DNA from: an uncultured delta proteobacterium
GTDB taxonomy: Bacteria > Myxococcota > UBA727 > VGSZ01
Reading direction: 5' to 3'
Length of the DNA: 64,000 nucleotides
Assembly (NCBI GenBank): GCA_963775425.1
Contig: CAVZJB010000016.1
Coordinates: 448,001 to 512,000, forward strand
Under the pieces are notes generated by a model, which was not told where the DNA came from, ran no database searches, and worked only from the letters and a program-made list of their open reading frames with translations. This document shows, one piece after another, positions 32,953-45,358 of the stretch (position 1 is the stretch's first letter; each line of letters begins with the position of its first letter). Both the position numbers and the translations under genes were made by a program.

Positions 32953-35022
32953 TCATTCGTACCTCAGGCCCTCGACGGGGCGGAGACGCGCGGCGAGCAG
33001 CGCCGGATAGATGGTGGCGAGGTACGAGAGCACCACGGCGGCCGCGCCGACGAGCACCACCTCGAAGGGCTCGACGTGGACCGGCAGCGCGGTGATGTAA
33101 TAGACGTCCGGGTCCAGGCCTATGCCGAACTTGGCTATCAAGAAGCACACAGCCAGCCCGGCGATGATGCCCACCGCCGTTCCCAATGTGCCGACTATCA
33201 CCCCGTATGTGATGAATATCTTCATGATGGCCGTGTCGGTGGCCCCCATGGTCTTGAGGATGGATATCTCCTTCGACTTCTCGATGACGAAGACGATCAA
33301 CGTGGCCGCGATGAGGAAGCTGGCCACGATGATGATGAAGGTGAGGATGATGAACATGGCGATCTTTTCGAGCTTCAGCGCCGAAAAGAGGTTCCGGTTC
33401 ATCTCCATCCAGTCCTTGGTGCGGTACGGGTAACCGCCCAGGGTCTTCATCATCTCGTGCGCGACCGCCTGGGCGGCGTCGACGTCGTGGAGCTTGTACT
33501 CGACGCCGGTGACCGCGCCCTTGAGCGTGAAGAAGTCCTGCGCCTGCGCGAGCTGGATGTAGATGAACTTGGAGTCGTACTCGTACATCCCCGAGTAGAA
33601 GATGCCTGCCACGCGGAAGGCGCGCGCCTTGGGCACCGGCCCCGTGGGTCCGAGCTCGCCGACGGGGCTCACGACGTTGATGACGTCACCGACGAACACC
33701 TTGAGGTTCTTGGACATCTCGGCGCCGATGACGATGCCGGGGATGTTCTCCGCCGCGGTGTCGGGCACGACGCCCTTGGTGGCGGCTTTGAGCGCAGCGT
33801 CGAGCTGACCCGTGGCCGCGGTCGGCCCGGGCGGCGCGTGTGTCGGCGCCGCGTGCGGCGACGTCGCCGGCCCGTCGTCCGCCGGTTTGCCGCCGTCGAC
33901 GTCCGGCGTGTCGACGTCGGGCACGGGGGCGGCGATGGGCTTCGGAATCTTGTCCGGGTGATCGAGGTAGTCGAGGCTCCCCTTGGTCATCTCGGAGCGC
34001 AGCACCGTCACCGAGTCCACCGTGGGCACGTCGATGCCCTTCAACAGCGCGCCCGTGATGTTGGAGTCGGAGCTGACCATCACCTCGTTGAGCACGAACG
34101 GCGTGGCGCCGGCGACGCCCTTGAGCTTGGTGGTCTTGTCGATGACGTCTTCGTACTCGGTGAAGTCGCTGCCGTACTTGAGCACGAGGAGGTGGGCGTT
34201 GGCGCCGAAGATCTTCTGGCGCAGGTCCGTGGAGAAGCCGTTCATCACGCTCATGACGACGACCATGGCGCACGTGCCGACGGCGACCGCGAGCACCGAG
34301 ATGACGGTGATGATGCCGACGACGCTGTCGCCGCGCTTGCCCATGAGGAAGCGCCGGCCGATGAAGCTCTCGTAGCTCCACGAGACCTCGGTCTCGCCGT
34401 CGCCGGTGAACAGGTAGCCGATGGACCCGCCGAGCACGAGCATGAGCAAGAGGACGAGGCAGCCGGTGATGAGGATGACGGCGAAGTACGCGGGCGCGGT
34501 GCCGTAGGTGAACATCTCGATGACCGAGCCCGACGCGAGCACCGGCACCAAGGACGCGAGGCCGGTGACCCAAAGCGCCTCGAGGAAGGCCACGCGGTGC
34601 GCGAGCAACGACATCACGACGCCGAGCACGAAGCCGCCGAGGAGGAGCGCGCGGATCACGGGGCCCTGCATGGGCTCGCCCGAGACGCCGTGGGCGCGGG
34701 CGTACAGGAAGGCGCCCGCCATGCACGCGACGACGCCGACGAAGCCGACGACGACGGCGAGCACCGAGAGGCCGCCCGACGACCCCGACTTGAGGAAGCC
34801 GCCGCCGCGGGCGCGCAGCTCCGCCGGGGGGTGCAGGAGCGCCGCGATGACGGCGATGGGCGCGGTGACGACGGGGAACGGCGGGAAGGCCATGGCCACC
34901 GCGAGCCCGATGGGCCAGCCCCGCAGCGTGGCCGCGCGCACCGTGGTGGCTGCGAGCGCGAGCAGGAGGAACGCGGCTGCGACGCCGAGGGCAGCCAGGA
35001 CGTTCACGGGCTCTTGGATCAT
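32953..35022 (-). CDS. LolC/E-family permease with N-terminal membrane extension
   Basis: [68 protein letters not shown]; lysS-lolC/E-lolD order. Confidence 0.92.
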   Translation of the reverse strand: MIQEPVNVLAALGVAAAFLLLALAATTVRAATLRGWPIGLAVAMAFPPFPVVTAPIAVIAALLHPPAELRARGGGFLKSGSSGGLSVLAVVVGFVGVVACMAGAFLYARAHGVSGEPMQGPVIRALLLGGFVLGVVMSLLAHRVAFLEALWVTGLASLVPVLASGSVIEMFTYGTAPAYFAVILITGCLVLLLMLVLGGSIGYLFTGDGETEVSWSYESFIGRRFLMGKRGDSVVGIITVISVLAVAVGTCAMVVVMSVMNGFSTDLRQKIFGANAHLLVLKYGSDFTEYEDVIDKTTKLKGVAGATPFVLNEVMVSSDSNITGALLKGIDVPTVDSVTVLRSEMTKGSLDYLDHPDKIPKPIAAPVPDVDTPDVDGGKPADDGPATSPHAAPTHAPPGPTAATGQLDAALKAATKGVVPDTAAENIPGIVIGAEMSKNLKVFVGDVINVVSPVGELGPTGPVPKARAFRVAGIFYSGMYEYDSKFIYIQLAQAQDFFTLKGAVTGVEYKLHDVDAAQAVAHEMMKTLGGYPYRTKDWMEMNRNLFSALKLEKIAMFIILTFIIIVASFLIAATLIVFVIEKSKEISILKTMGATDTAIMKIFITYGVIVGTLGTAVGIIAGLAVCFLIAKFGIGLDPDVYYITALPVHVEPFEVVLVGAAAVVLSYLATIYPALLAARLRPVEGLRYE

Positions 35023-35094
35023 GAGCACCCTGTACCGACAACGGCGCCGGCTGCCAACGTATTCACCCGCGCCCGACGGGGCTCGCCTCCGCCG

Positions 35095-37026
35095 CTACGA
35101 CGAGCCGAGGCGGCGCATTTGCGGGAACAAGATCACGTCGCGGATGGATTGTTGGTTGGTCAACACCATCACGAGGCGATCGATCCCGATCCCGAGGCCG
35201 GCGGTCGGGGGCATCCCGACCTCCAGGGCATGGACGAAGTCGTCGTCGAGGTCGTGGGCCTCTTCGTCGCCGCGCTCCCGGTCGCGGAGCTGCTCGAGGA
35301 AGCGCTGGCGCTGGTCCTGCGGGTCGTTCAGCTCCGAGAACGCGTTGGCGAGCTCCATGCCGGCGACGATGAGCTCGAAGCGATCGACGACGGCGGGGTC
35401 GCCGTCCCGCTTGCGGGCGAGCGGGCTCACGCTCACGGAGAAGTCCGTGATGAACGTGGGGTTCGTGAGCGTGCGCTCGACCTCGTGATCGAACACCGCG
35501 TACAACAGAGACAGCGCGAGCCTGCGCCGGCGCGCGCGCGCCGTGTCGAGCCTGCGTGGGCGCACGTGGATCTCGCCGGTGTCGTCGTCGAAGTCCGAGG
35601 AGCGCACCGCGCGCACGCCCTTGATGGTGTCCTCGCCGCTGGTCTTGACGTCCGCAAGCTCCGGGAGCGACGCCCACGCCTTGTCGAGCGCCGCGCCGAG
35701 GTTCTTGTAGAACGCGTCGCCGCCGCCCTCGCGCGCCGCCTTGGCCCGCTCGGCGATGGAGGCTCCCGAGCCTCCCGAGCCTCCGGGGCCTCCGGGGCCT
35801 CCGGGGCCTCCGGCGCCTTCAGGGCCGTCGGTGAACGGCGACGCGGGCTGCATCCCCGGGATGAGCGCCTGCGCCTCGTCGTCGGACAGCTCGCGCAGCA
35901 CGATGTGGAGCGGCTCGTCCGGCGTGGCGGTGTGACCCACGGCGATGGAGAGCGCCTTCTGCACGCTGTCGATGCCGGTGAGGTCTTCGGCGAGGCCGAG
36001 GTGCTCGCCCACGAGGGCCGCGATGGGCGCGCGGCGCCACGGGCGCTGGAAGTCGACGGTGCGATCCCCGAAGGGGATGCGCTGCCGGCGATCGTGGATC
36101 TCGACGACGAGGTCGGAGACGAGGTCCTCGGTGAGGTCCATCATGTCGGTGTAGGTGGCGTACGCCTGGTAGACCTCGATGGACGTGAACTCCGGGTTGT
36201 GCCGCGTGGACACTCCCTCGTTCCTGAAGTTCCGGCCGATCTCGTACACGCGCTCGAGCCCGCCGACGACGAGCCGCTTCAGGTGCAGCTCGGTGGCGAT
36301 GCGCATGTACAGGTCCTGCCCGAGCGCGTTGTGGTGCGTGTGGAACGGCTTGGCCGCCGCGCCGCCCGCGATGTCCTGCAGGATGGGCGTGTCCACCTCG
36401 AGGAACCCGCGCCGGTCCAGGTAGCTCTGGATGCCGCGCACGATGCGCGCGCGGGTGCGGAACACGCGCCTCACGTCGGGGTTCACGATGAGGTCGACGT
36501 ACCGCTGGCGGTAGCGCTGCTCGACGTCGGCGAGGCCGAAGTGCTGCGACGGGATGGGGTACAGCGACTTGGTGAGCACGCGGAGGCCGTCGGCCGCGAC
36601 CGACAGCTCACCCGTCTTCGTCTTCATCGGCGTCCCGGCCACGCCGAGGAAGTCGCCGATGTCGAGGAGCTTGAGCTGCTCGTAGGTGCGCTCACCGACG
36701 CGGTTGAGCTTCACGAACACCTGGAGGTCGCCCGAGGCGTCGCGCAGCCCGAGGAACGTGACCTTGCCCTGCGAGCGCCGCCACATCACGCGCCCGGCGA
36801 GCGTGCAGACGGTGCTGACCTTCTCGAGGTCCTCGGCGGTGTGCGAGCCGTACTCCGCGCGGAATTCGTCGCAGGAAATCTCGGGACGGAAGTCGTTGGC
36901 GTACGGGTCGAGGCCGCCTTCGCGGATCTTGGCGGCCTTCTCCATCCGCTGCTTCACCAACCGATGGATGTCGGTCTCGTCGTCGCCGGAGTCAGGGGGA
37001 TCGCCCACGTTGGCCATCGTCGTCAT
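35095..37026 (-). CDS. lysS: Lysine--tRNA ligase (class II) with a large insertion
   Basis: [60 protein letters not shown]; 643 aa. Confidence 0.97.
   Translation of the reverse strand: MTTMANVGDPPDSGDDETDIHRLVKQRMEKAAKIREGGLDPYANDFRPEISCDEFRAEYGSHTAEDLEKVSTVCTLAGRVMWRRSQGKVTFLGLRDASGDLQVFVKLNRVGERTYEQLKLLDIGDFLGVAGTPMKTKTGELSVAADGLRVLTKSLYPIPSQHFGLADVEQRYRQRYVDLIVNPDVRRVFRTRARIVRGIQSYLDRRGFLEVDTPILQDIAGGAAAKPFHTHHNALGQDLYMRIATELHLKRLVVGGLERVYEIGRNFRNEGVSTRHNPEFTSIEVYQAYATYTDMMDLTEDLVSDLVVEIHDRRQRIPFGDRTVDFQRPWRRAPIAALVGEHLGLAEDLTGIDSVQKALSIAVGHTATPDEPLHIVLRELSDDEAQALIPGMQPASPFTDGPEGAGGPGGPGGPGGSGGSGASIAERAKAAREGGGDAFYKNLGAALDKAWASLPELADVKTSGEDTIKGVRAVRSSDFDDDTGEIHVRPRRLDTARARRRRLALSLLYAVFDHEVERTLTNPTFITDFSVSVSPLARKRDGDPAVVDRFELIVAGMELANAFSELNDPQDQRQRFLEQLRDRERGDEEAHDLDDDFVHALEVGMPPTAGLGIGIDRLVMVLTNQQSIRDVILFPQMRRLGSS
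35766..35820 (-). repeat. 9-bp repeats encoding [18 protein letters not shown] in the LysS insertion
   Basis: cgagcctcc x2 and ggggcctcc x3. Confidence 0.85.
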
Positions 37027-37063
37027 ATGCCACGGTCGTGACCCGGGGCCAACACGGCGGGGG

Positions 37064-37777
37064 CTAATCTTCGAATCGGATCGCCCAGACCTTGGTCACC
37101 GCCTCCGCGATGATGCCCGCGCTCATCTTGCTGCGCCCCGCGACCCGCTCGTAAAAGACGATGGGGATTTCCTTGATGCGGAACCCCTTCTTGTACGCGA
37201 GGTACGTGAGCTCGATCTGGAACGCGTAGCCCGTGGTGTCGATGGCGTCGAGGTCGATGGCCTCGAGCACCTCGCGGCGGAAGAGCTTGAAGCCGCCGGT
37301 GAGGTCCTTCACCGGGATCTTGAGGATGCCGCGCGCGTACAGGGAGCCGCCGCGCGACACGCAGCGCCTGACGAGGCCCCAGTTCTCGGTGCCGCCGCCG
37401 TCGACGTAGCGGGAGCCGAGCACGAGGTCGGCGTTCTCGCTCGCCCGCAGGAGCTCCGGCAGGTAGCGGGGCTGGTGCGAGAAGTCCGCGTCCATCTCGA
37501 TGAGCTTCTCGTAGCCGCGCTGGAGCCCCCAGCGAAACGCCGCGATGTACGCCGTGCCGAGGCCGAGCTTGGCGGGCCGGTGCAGCACGTGCACGCGCGG
37601 CTCGCGGGCGGCGATGAGGTCGGCGACGCGGCCGGTGCCGTCGGGGCTGTTGTCGTCGATGACGAGCACGTCGACGGCGACGGTGTGCAGGATCTCCTCG
37701 ATGAGCGACGAGAGGTTCTCGCGCTCGTTGTACGTGGGCAGGCATACGAGCGCTGCGCTCTTCGGGGGCTCGTGCAT
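37064..37777 (-). CDS. Polyprenol monophosphomannose synthase (DPM1-like GT2)
   Basis: [47 protein letters not shown]. Confidence 0.93.
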   Translation of the reverse strand: MHEPPKSAALVCLPTYNERENLSSLIEEILHTVAVDVLVIDDNSPDGTGRVADLIAAREPRVHVLHRPAKLGLGTAYIAAFRWGLQRGYEKLIEMDADFSHQPRYLPELLRASENADLVLGSRYVDGGGTENWGLVRRCVSRGGSLYARGILKIPVKDLTGGFKLFRREVLEAIDLDAIDTTGYAFQIELTYLAYKKGFRIKEIPIVFYERVAGRSKMSAGIIAEAVTKVWAIRFED

Positions 37778-37793
37778 TCAAGGCGCTGTTACG

Positions 37794-39307
<1,514 letters not shown>

Positions 39308-39311
<4 letters not shown>

Positions 39312-40327
39312 GACACCCCCTCGGCGCGGGCGGCCCGCGCGGGGCGGCCGGTCACGGTGAGGAACAAAGCCTCGAGGTTGATCTTCTCGGGCACGAGCTG
39401 CACCACGCCGACCCCGGCGTCGACGAGCGCGCGCGCCATGCGCGCCTGCACCGCGGGCGGGCCTTCGACGGTGCACGCGAGCATCTGGCCGTCGGCGAAG
39501 ACGTCGACGACGCCTGCGACGGCGCGCACGGCGTCCGCGGCGGCGCCCGCGTCGCCGTCGACCTCCACGAGGACGCGCCGCGGCATCTCGTTGCCGCCGC
39601 CGAGGGCGCGCAACAGGTCGTCGATGCGGCCGGCGGCGGCGACGCGCCCGCGCTCGAGGACGACGACGGAGTCGCAGAAGTCGCCGAGCTCGCTGAGGAT
39701 GTGCGAGGAGACGAGGACGGTCTTGCCGCGCGCGCCGAGCTTCTTCAAGAGCTCCTTGAGCTCGATGCGCGCGCGCGGGTCGAGCCCGCTGGCCGGCTCG
39801 TCGAGGAGGAGGACCGCCGGGTCGTGCAGGAGCGCGCGGGCGACGCACACGCGCTGCGTCTGGCCGCGCGACAAGCCGGCCGCGGGCCTGTCCACGATGG
39901 CGGCGAGGCCACACAGACCCACGACGTCGTCGAGGGCGCGCCGGCGCGCGGCGCGCGGCAGGCCCGACGCCGCCGCGAAGAACGCGAGCAGCTCGCGCAC
40001 CGAGAGCGCGTCGTACAGCGGCGCGTGGTCGGGGACGAAGCCGAGCCGCTTCCGCACCTCGAGGGGCGCCTCGCGCACGGAGGCGCCGGCGACGCGGGCT
40101 TCGCCGGCGAAGTCCTCGTCGAGGGTGGCCAGGATGGACATCAGGGTGGTCTTGCCCGCGCCGTTCGGGCCCACGAGGCCGCAGAGCGCGCCGGCCGGGA
40201 GCGAGAAGCTCACGCCGTCGAGCGCGCGCGTCCCTTCGTAGGAGCGGGACACGGCCTGAACCTCGAGAGCGACGGCGACGGCGCCCGCGGCGGCGCCGAC
40301 GGTGACGGGCGCGGCGGCGGCGCTCAC
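39308..40327 (-). CDS. ABC-2 type ATPase
   Basis: GPNGAGKTT, LSRGQTQR, LLDEPASGLDP, VSSHILSE. Confidence 0.93.
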
Positions 40328-42030
40328 GGGGCCCCCCGCGCCGGCTGCGCGCGCAGCTCGACGCCGAGGAGGGCGCCGTCGGCGCGCCGGGCGACGGCGG
40401 CGCCGCAGGCGTGAGACGGGGGTTCCGCGGGCGCGCCCGCGTCGCGGTCGCGCTCGCAGCCGGCGACGATCTCGCGCACGAGGCGCTGCTCGGGGACGGG
40501 GAGCGCGGTGAACGCGCCGCTGTAGGGGACGCCGGACTCGATCACGGCGGTGGCCTTCGCGCCGTGCGCGGGGACGCCGCGCGCGAAGCGCCAGGGGCCG
40601 TCGAGCAGCACGGCGTCGAGGGGCTCCTCGAGCCCGTCTTTGACGACGTCACCGCTGAGCTGCACCGCGCCCGGACGCGGCGACGGCCGGCTCCACACGC
40701 CGACGAGGCCCGCGTCGGAGCGGACCTCCATGGCCGCGCGGGTGTCGTCCAGGCTGCCGGCGGGCGCACGGAGCTCGGCGTGGCTGCCGCTGGTCTCGCC
40801 GACGAGCGTGACCGCGACGAGCGGCGCCGCGCCGTGCACCTCGGTCACGGCGTTGCTGCGCGGCCGCGCGGCGTCGACGCCGGTCTCCCACGACGCGTCG
40901 GGGCCGGTCCACGTCACCACGCGGGCGCGCGCCTCGCGCGGGACGGTGGCGATCTTCAGGACCCACAGCGCCGCGCACGTCGCGACGGCGACGGCCGCGG
41001 CGCGCAGGAGCACCGCGCGCCACGCGCTCCGTCGCCGCCCGCGCACGAGCACGACGACCACGGCGAGCAGGCCCGCGAGCGCCAACGCGAACGCCGCGCC
41101 GCGCGGCGGCGCCACCGCGAGCGCCACCGCCGCCGTGTGCACCGCCGGGAGCCCGTCGACGTCGAGCATCTGTGGCCACGACCACAGGCTCGGCCGCGCG
41201 GCCAGCACGCTCGCCAGCGCGCCGTCCGCGTCCGCGCCGGGCGCGAGGCGAACGACGAGGCCGGCGCCCGCGGGCGCGGCGACGGTGCCCTCGGGCACCG
41301 TGAGGGTCAGCGGGGCGCCGTCGTCGAGCGCGGCCGCCGGCGCCGCCTCGACGGCGCTCGTCGACGACGACGGGTCGGCGCCCCGCCCGCCGGGGAGCGA
41401 GGGCCGGGTGACGACGCCGCCGCGGGCGACCCAGGCGGCCACGGCGGGCGCGAGCCGCGGGTCGAGCGGGCCGTCGACGATCAGCGCGCTGAAGCCGTCG
41501 AGGAGCCCGGGGTGCGCGACGAGGATCTCGGCGGTGACGGGGATCTCGGAGACGCCGCCGTCCACGACGTCGCGCCCGCCCATCGCGTTGGTCTTTTCCT
41601 GCGGCGCGAGCTGGATGGCGCGCACCCGCGCCCCGGGCTCGAGCGTGGCGACGACGTGCGCGGCACGCACCGTGGGCGAGCAGCAGGTGCGCTCCTCGCC
41701 GGCGGCGCTGAGGCGGGCGTGGATGCCGTCCGGACCCACGGGCGCCTCGACGTCAACGGGCGCGCCGCCGACGACGACGTGCACGGTGTGGCGCACCGCG
41801 CAGCGCCAGCTCGCGCACACGGCGACATCGACGACGCGGGCGCCGCCGCGCTCGACGGCGGGGCTCGCGGTGGCCGAGATGCGCAGGGGCACCCGCAGCG
41901 GGCGCTCGACGGCGGCGACGGCGGGCGTGAAGGTGACCTGCGCGCCGGCGATGTCGACGAGCTGCCTCGGCGCCGCCGCCGCCGGCAGCGCGGCGAGCAG
42001 CAACATCGGGAGGAGGAGCGCCGCGCGCAT
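40324..42030 (-). CDS. Secreted/membrane accessory protein of the ABC system
   Basis: Signal peptide MRAALLLPMLLLAALPAAA; LDGFSALIVD and WVARGG (GATase-like segment); two TM helices; stop overlaps the ATPase start. Confidence 0.65.
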   Translation of the reverse strand: MRAALLLPMLLLAALPAAAAPRQLVDIAGAQVTFTPAVAAVERPLRVPLRISATASPAVERGGARVVDVAVCASWRCAVRHTVHVVVGGAPVDVEAPVGPDGIHARLSAAGEERTCCSPTVRAAHVVATLEPGARVRAIQLAPQEKTNAMGGRDVVDGGVSEIPVTAEILVAHPGLLDGFSALIVDGPLDPRLAPAVAAWVARGGVVTRPSLPGGRGADPSSSTSAVEAAPAAALDDGAPLTLTVPEGTVAAPAGAGLVVRLAPGADADGALASVLAARPSLWSWPQMLDVDGLPAVHTAAVALAVAPPRGAAFALALAGLLAVVVVLVRGRRRSAWRAVLLRAAAVAVATCAALWVLKIATVPREARARVVTWTGPDASWETGVDAARPRSNAVTEVHGAAPLVAVTLVGETSGSHAELRAPAGSLDDTRAAMEVRSDAGLVGVWSRPSPRPGAVQLSGDVVKDGLEEPLDAVLLDGPWRFARGVPAHGAKATAVIESGVPYSGAFTALPVPEQRLVREIVAGCERDRDAGAPAEPPSHACGAAVARRADGALLGVELRAQPARGAP

Positions 42031-42098
42031 CAGGGGTGGGAACGGACGATAGCGCCGAAGGATTTCCCGCCCCTGTGCAACGCGCACAGCCGCGCGGC

Positions 42099-43172
42099 TC
42101 AGCCCCGCAGGCGAGCGCGCAGCGGCCGCTCGACGAAGACCAGCACGGCGACGCTGAGGGGGACCGCGATCACCCCCGCGGCGAGCGCCGTGGCCGGCGG
42201 GAGCTCGCGGACGTGCAGCAGCGCGAGCGCCCACAGGAAGACGGGCACGTGCAGCAGGTAGAGCGCGTAGCTGGCGTCACCGAGGAGCCGCATGGGCTTC
42301 GCCGAGAGCGCGCGCGCGACCGGGCCGCCGCCGCCGGCGAGCCCCATGACGACGACGACGAACACGGGCGCGAGCAGCCCGTTGTGCACCACCAGCGACG
42401 GCACCAGGCCCGAGGCGGGCACGGCGACGGTGACGGCGAGCGCGACGAGCGTCGCCCACGCCGGCACGCGGCGCCCGTCGACGAAGAAGCGCGCGGCGGC
42501 GACGCCGACGAGGAAGTCGGGCAGGCGCGCGAGCGGGCTCAGCTTCACGGCGTTCAACCAGGAGCCCTCGTCGACGATGCGCGGGGCGTGGCCGAGGCCG
42601 TCGGGGTCGAGCGCGAGGTAGACGATCGGGAGCGCCAGGCCCGCGAGCCACACCGCCCCCGCGGCGAGCGCGCCGGCGCGCGCGGACATCCGACGGTGCA
42701 GCAGCGGCAGGACGAAGGGGAAGAGCGCATAGAAGAACAGCTCGCACGACAGGGACCACGCGGGAGGGTTCCAGCGCAGCGCCGCCGGCGGCACCCACGC
42801 CTGCAGCCCCGTCGCGACGAGCAGGAGCGAGCGCGCGCCGAGGGCGTCGGTGACGATGCCCTTGCTCCGCGCCGCGGCGCCGATGGGCAAGGCCACCAGC
42901 AGCGCCAGCCAATACACCGGGGCGATGCGGGCGAAACGGGCGCGGGCGAAGGCGCGCTTGTCGTCGACGGCGGGGCCGTAGACCCACGACAACACGAACC
43001 CCGACAGCACGAAGAACAGCGTGACGGCGACAGGGCCGGCGGCGGCGAAGCGCGCGAGCGGCCCGCTCTCGTCGACGACCACGGGGCGCAACGCGTGGTA
43101 GATGACGACGTGAAAAGCGGCGAGGAAGCGCAGCCCCGTGAGCGCCGGCAGGTCCCCGCGCGAGGAGGTCAT
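42099..43172 (-). CDS. Acyltransferase-3 (OafA/YrhL) membrane O-acyltransferase
   Basis: LTGLRFLAA, FFVLSGFV, RFARIAP.Y, WSLSCELFFY, LGDASYALYLLH, VERP.R. Confidence 0.93.
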   Translation of the reverse strand: MTSSRGDLPALTGLRFLAAFHVVIYHALRPVVVDESGPLARFAAAGPVAVTLFFVLSGFVLSWVYGPAVDDKRAFARARFARIAPVYWLALLVALPIGAAARSKGIVTDALGARSLLLVATGLQAWVPPAALRWNPPAWSLSCELFFYALFPFVLPLLHRRMSARAGALAAGAVWLAGLALPIVYLALDPDGLGHAPRIVDEGSWLNAVKLSPLARLPDFLVGVAAARFFVDGRRVPAWATLVALAVTVAVPASGLVPSLVVHNGLLAPVFVVVVMGLAGGGGPVARALSAKPMRLLGDASYALYLLHVPVFLWALALLHVRELPPATALAAGVIAVPLSVAVLVFVERPLRARLRG

Positions 43173-43182
43173 GCCGCGCGGC

Positions 43183-43674
43183 TCACGCCGGGCGCTCGCG
43201 GATGGCGGCGGTGATGACCGCTTCGCACGCGCGCTCGCCGTCGACGGTGGCCCTGCCCTGCACCTTGGCGATGGACCTCTTTTGGTGGAGCACCTCGACG
43301 TCGAGGTCGAGGCGGTCGCCGGGCACCACGATGCGGCGGAACTTCACGTCGTCGATGGACATGAGGTACGCGACGTGCGTGGTGGGATCGAAGCCGGAAA
43401 ACGTCGAGGTCAACACCGCCGCCGCCTGCGCCAGCGCCTCGATCTGCAGGACGCCGGGCATCACCGGCAGCCCCGGGAAGTGGCCGTTGAAGAAGGGCTC
43501 GTTGGCGCTCACGTTCTTGTAGGCCTTCACGCGCTTGCCGGGCTCGAGCGCGACGACGCGATCGACGAGCAGGAACGGGTAGCGGTGCGGGAGCACGCGG
43601 GTGATCTCGGCCCAGCGCAGCGGGGTCGACGGCGCGGCCTCCTGCGTGCCGGGCTCTGTGGTGTCATCGCTCAT
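43183..43674 (-). CDS. fabZ: 3-hydroxyacyl-ACP dehydratase FabZ
   Basis: LPHRYPFLLVDRV, NEPFFNGHFP, PVMPGVLQIEALAQ, VVPGD.L. Confidence 0.97.
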   Translation of the reverse strand: MSDDTTEPGTQEAAPSTPLRWAEITRVLPHRYPFLLVDRVVALEPGKRVKAYKNVSANEPFFNGHFPGLPVMPGVLQIEALAQAAAVLTSTFSGFDPTTHVAYLMSIDDVKFRRIVVPGDRLDLDVEVLHQKRSIAKVQGRATVDGERACEAVITAAIRERPA

Positions 43675-44701
43675 CGCTTGGCTCCCGGGGTTTTGCTTCG
43701 AGGGCGCGCACGCGCCGCTCGAGGGATTCGAGGTGCTGCATGCGCGCCATGGCGCGCAGCCAGGTCATGTGCGGGATGGCGGGGGTGCCGGAGACCACGG
43801 CGCCGTCGTCGATGCTGCGTGTGACCCCCGCTTGACCGCCGACGCGGGCGCGGGCGCCGACGCTGACGTGCTCCTTGACGCCGGACTGTCCCGCGAGGAC
43901 GGCGCCGGCGCCGATGCGCGCGTCGCCGGCGATGCCGACCTGGGCGATGACGACGACGTTCTCCGCGATGACGACGTCGTGGCCGATCTGCGCGAGGTTG
44001 TCGACCTTGGTGCCGCGGCCCACGCGCGTGTCGCGCAGGACGCCGCGATCGACGCAGACGTTGGCGCCGAGCTCCACGTCGTCCTCGAGGACCACGCCCG
44101 CGACGTGGCGCACGGGGAGGTTCTGGTCGCCGTCCGGCGCATAGACGAAGCCCTCGTCGCCGACGACGCAACCGGGGCCGACGACGACGCGGTCGCCGAG
44201 GCGCGCGCAGCCGAGGACCACGGCGCCGGCGCCGACGCGGCAGTCGCGGCCGACCACGGCGCCGTCGCCGACGTGCGCGAGCGGCCCGATCGACGTGCCT
44301 GCGCCGAGGGTGCAGCGGCCGACGACCGCGAGGGCGCCGACGGCGGCGGCGCCGCCGAGGACCGCGGCCGGGTCCACCACGGCGCTCGGGTGCACCCCCG
44401 CCGCGCGCGGGGCGCCGCCGGCGGGGTGGAGCGCGTCGATGGCGAGGGCGAGCGCGCGCGGCGCCGACGCCGCCGCGAGCACGGCGCACGGGAGCTCGTG
44501 GGCGTGCTCGGCGGCGAAGCCCTCGTCGACGAGGAGCGCCGTGGCCTGCGTCGAAAACGCGGCCTTCCGCTCGGGGGCGGAGTGCGCGAAGCCGACGTCG
44601 CCGGCGCCGGCTTCGTCGACGACGCGGACGCGCCCGACCTCGAGGTCCGCGTCGCCGAGCAGGCGCGCCCCGATCCGTTCCGCGAGGTCCGACAGCTTCA
44701 T
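43664..44701 (-). CDS. lpxD: UDP-3-O-acyl-glucosamine N-acyltransferase LpxD
   Basis: Hexapeptide repeats, VGDEGF.Y, DDVELGANVCVDRG, TKVDNLAQIGH; lies between skp and fabZ. Confidence 0.92.
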   Translation of the reverse strand: MKLSDLAERIGARLLGDADLEVGRVRVVDEAGAGDVGFAHSAPERKAAFSTQATALLVDEGFAAEHAHELPCAVLAAASAPRALALAIDALHPAGGAPRAAGVHPSAVVDPAAVLGGAAAVGALAVVGRCTLGAGTSIGPLAHVGDGAVVGRDCRVGAGAVVLGCARLGDRVVVGPGCVVGDEGFVYAPDGDQNLPVRHVAGVVLEDDVELGANVCVDRGVLRDTRVGRGTKVDNLAQIGHDVVIAENVVVIAQVGIAGDARIGAGAVLAGQSGVKEHVSVGARARVGGQAGVTRSIDDGAVVSGTPAIPHMTWLRAMARMQHLESLERRVRALEAKPREPSDER

Positions 44702-44744
44702 GGCCCGCCTGCGCGTGCCTCCGGAGGCGGGGGCCACCCGCGCC

Positions 44745-45281
44745 CTACTTCTTCTTGGTGTGCTTGTTGCCGTAGGCGTCGTTGTAGCGGCGGATGAGCT
44801 CGTTGGTGAGGTCGAGCGCGCCCTTGGCGTAGAGCACCGCCGACTTTTCGACGATGAGCGTGTAGCCCTGCTCCTCTCCCATGGTCTGCAGGATGACGCC
44901 CATCTTCTTGAAGATCCCGGCGGTGGCGTCCTGCTCGCGCTTGCTGAGCTCCTGCTGGAGCTGGAAGTAGAGCTGCTGCGTCTCCATGAGCTGCTTTTGC
45001 AGGTCGTTGAGCTTGTCCTGCTTCACCTCGGGCTTCATCATGGTGCCGCGGGAGTCGAGCTCTTCCTTGAGCGCCTTGAGCTGGTTCTGCTTGGCGTCGA
45101 GCGTCTTCTGCTTCTCGTCGAATTCCTTCTTGAGCTTGGCCTTGGCCGTGGCGCCTTCGTCGACCTCGTTCAGCGCACGCTGGAGGTCGACGTAGCCGAG
45201 CTTGGTGTCTTCGGCGCGGAGGGGGGAAGCGACGGCGAGGCCCGAAGAGAGGGCGAGGACGGCGAGGATGAAGCGGGTCAT
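44745..45281 (-). CDS. skp: OmpH/Skp outer membrane chaperone
   Basis: Signal peptide, KLGYVDLQRAL, coiled coil, VLYA..ALDLTNELI. Confidence 0.92.
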   Translation of the reverse strand: MTRFILAVLALSSGLAVASPLRAEDTKLGYVDLQRALNEVDEGATAKAKLKKEFDEKQKTLDAKQNQLKALKEELDSRGTMMKPEVKQDKLNDLQKQLMETQQLYFQLQQELSKREQDATAGIFKKMGVILQTMGEEQGYTLIVEKSAVLYAKGALDLTNELIRRYNDAYGNKHTKKK

Positions 45282-45358
45282 GCGCTGTGTCTCCCTGCTC
45301 CGACGACGCGAGGCAAGAGGGTATTTACGACCGCAGGGGGCGGCCGCGTGGGAGGTCT

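Noticed and set aside
35510-35990. Intein in LysS
   Set aside because: No Cys/Ser-start block, no His-Asn terminus and no LAGLIDADG motif.
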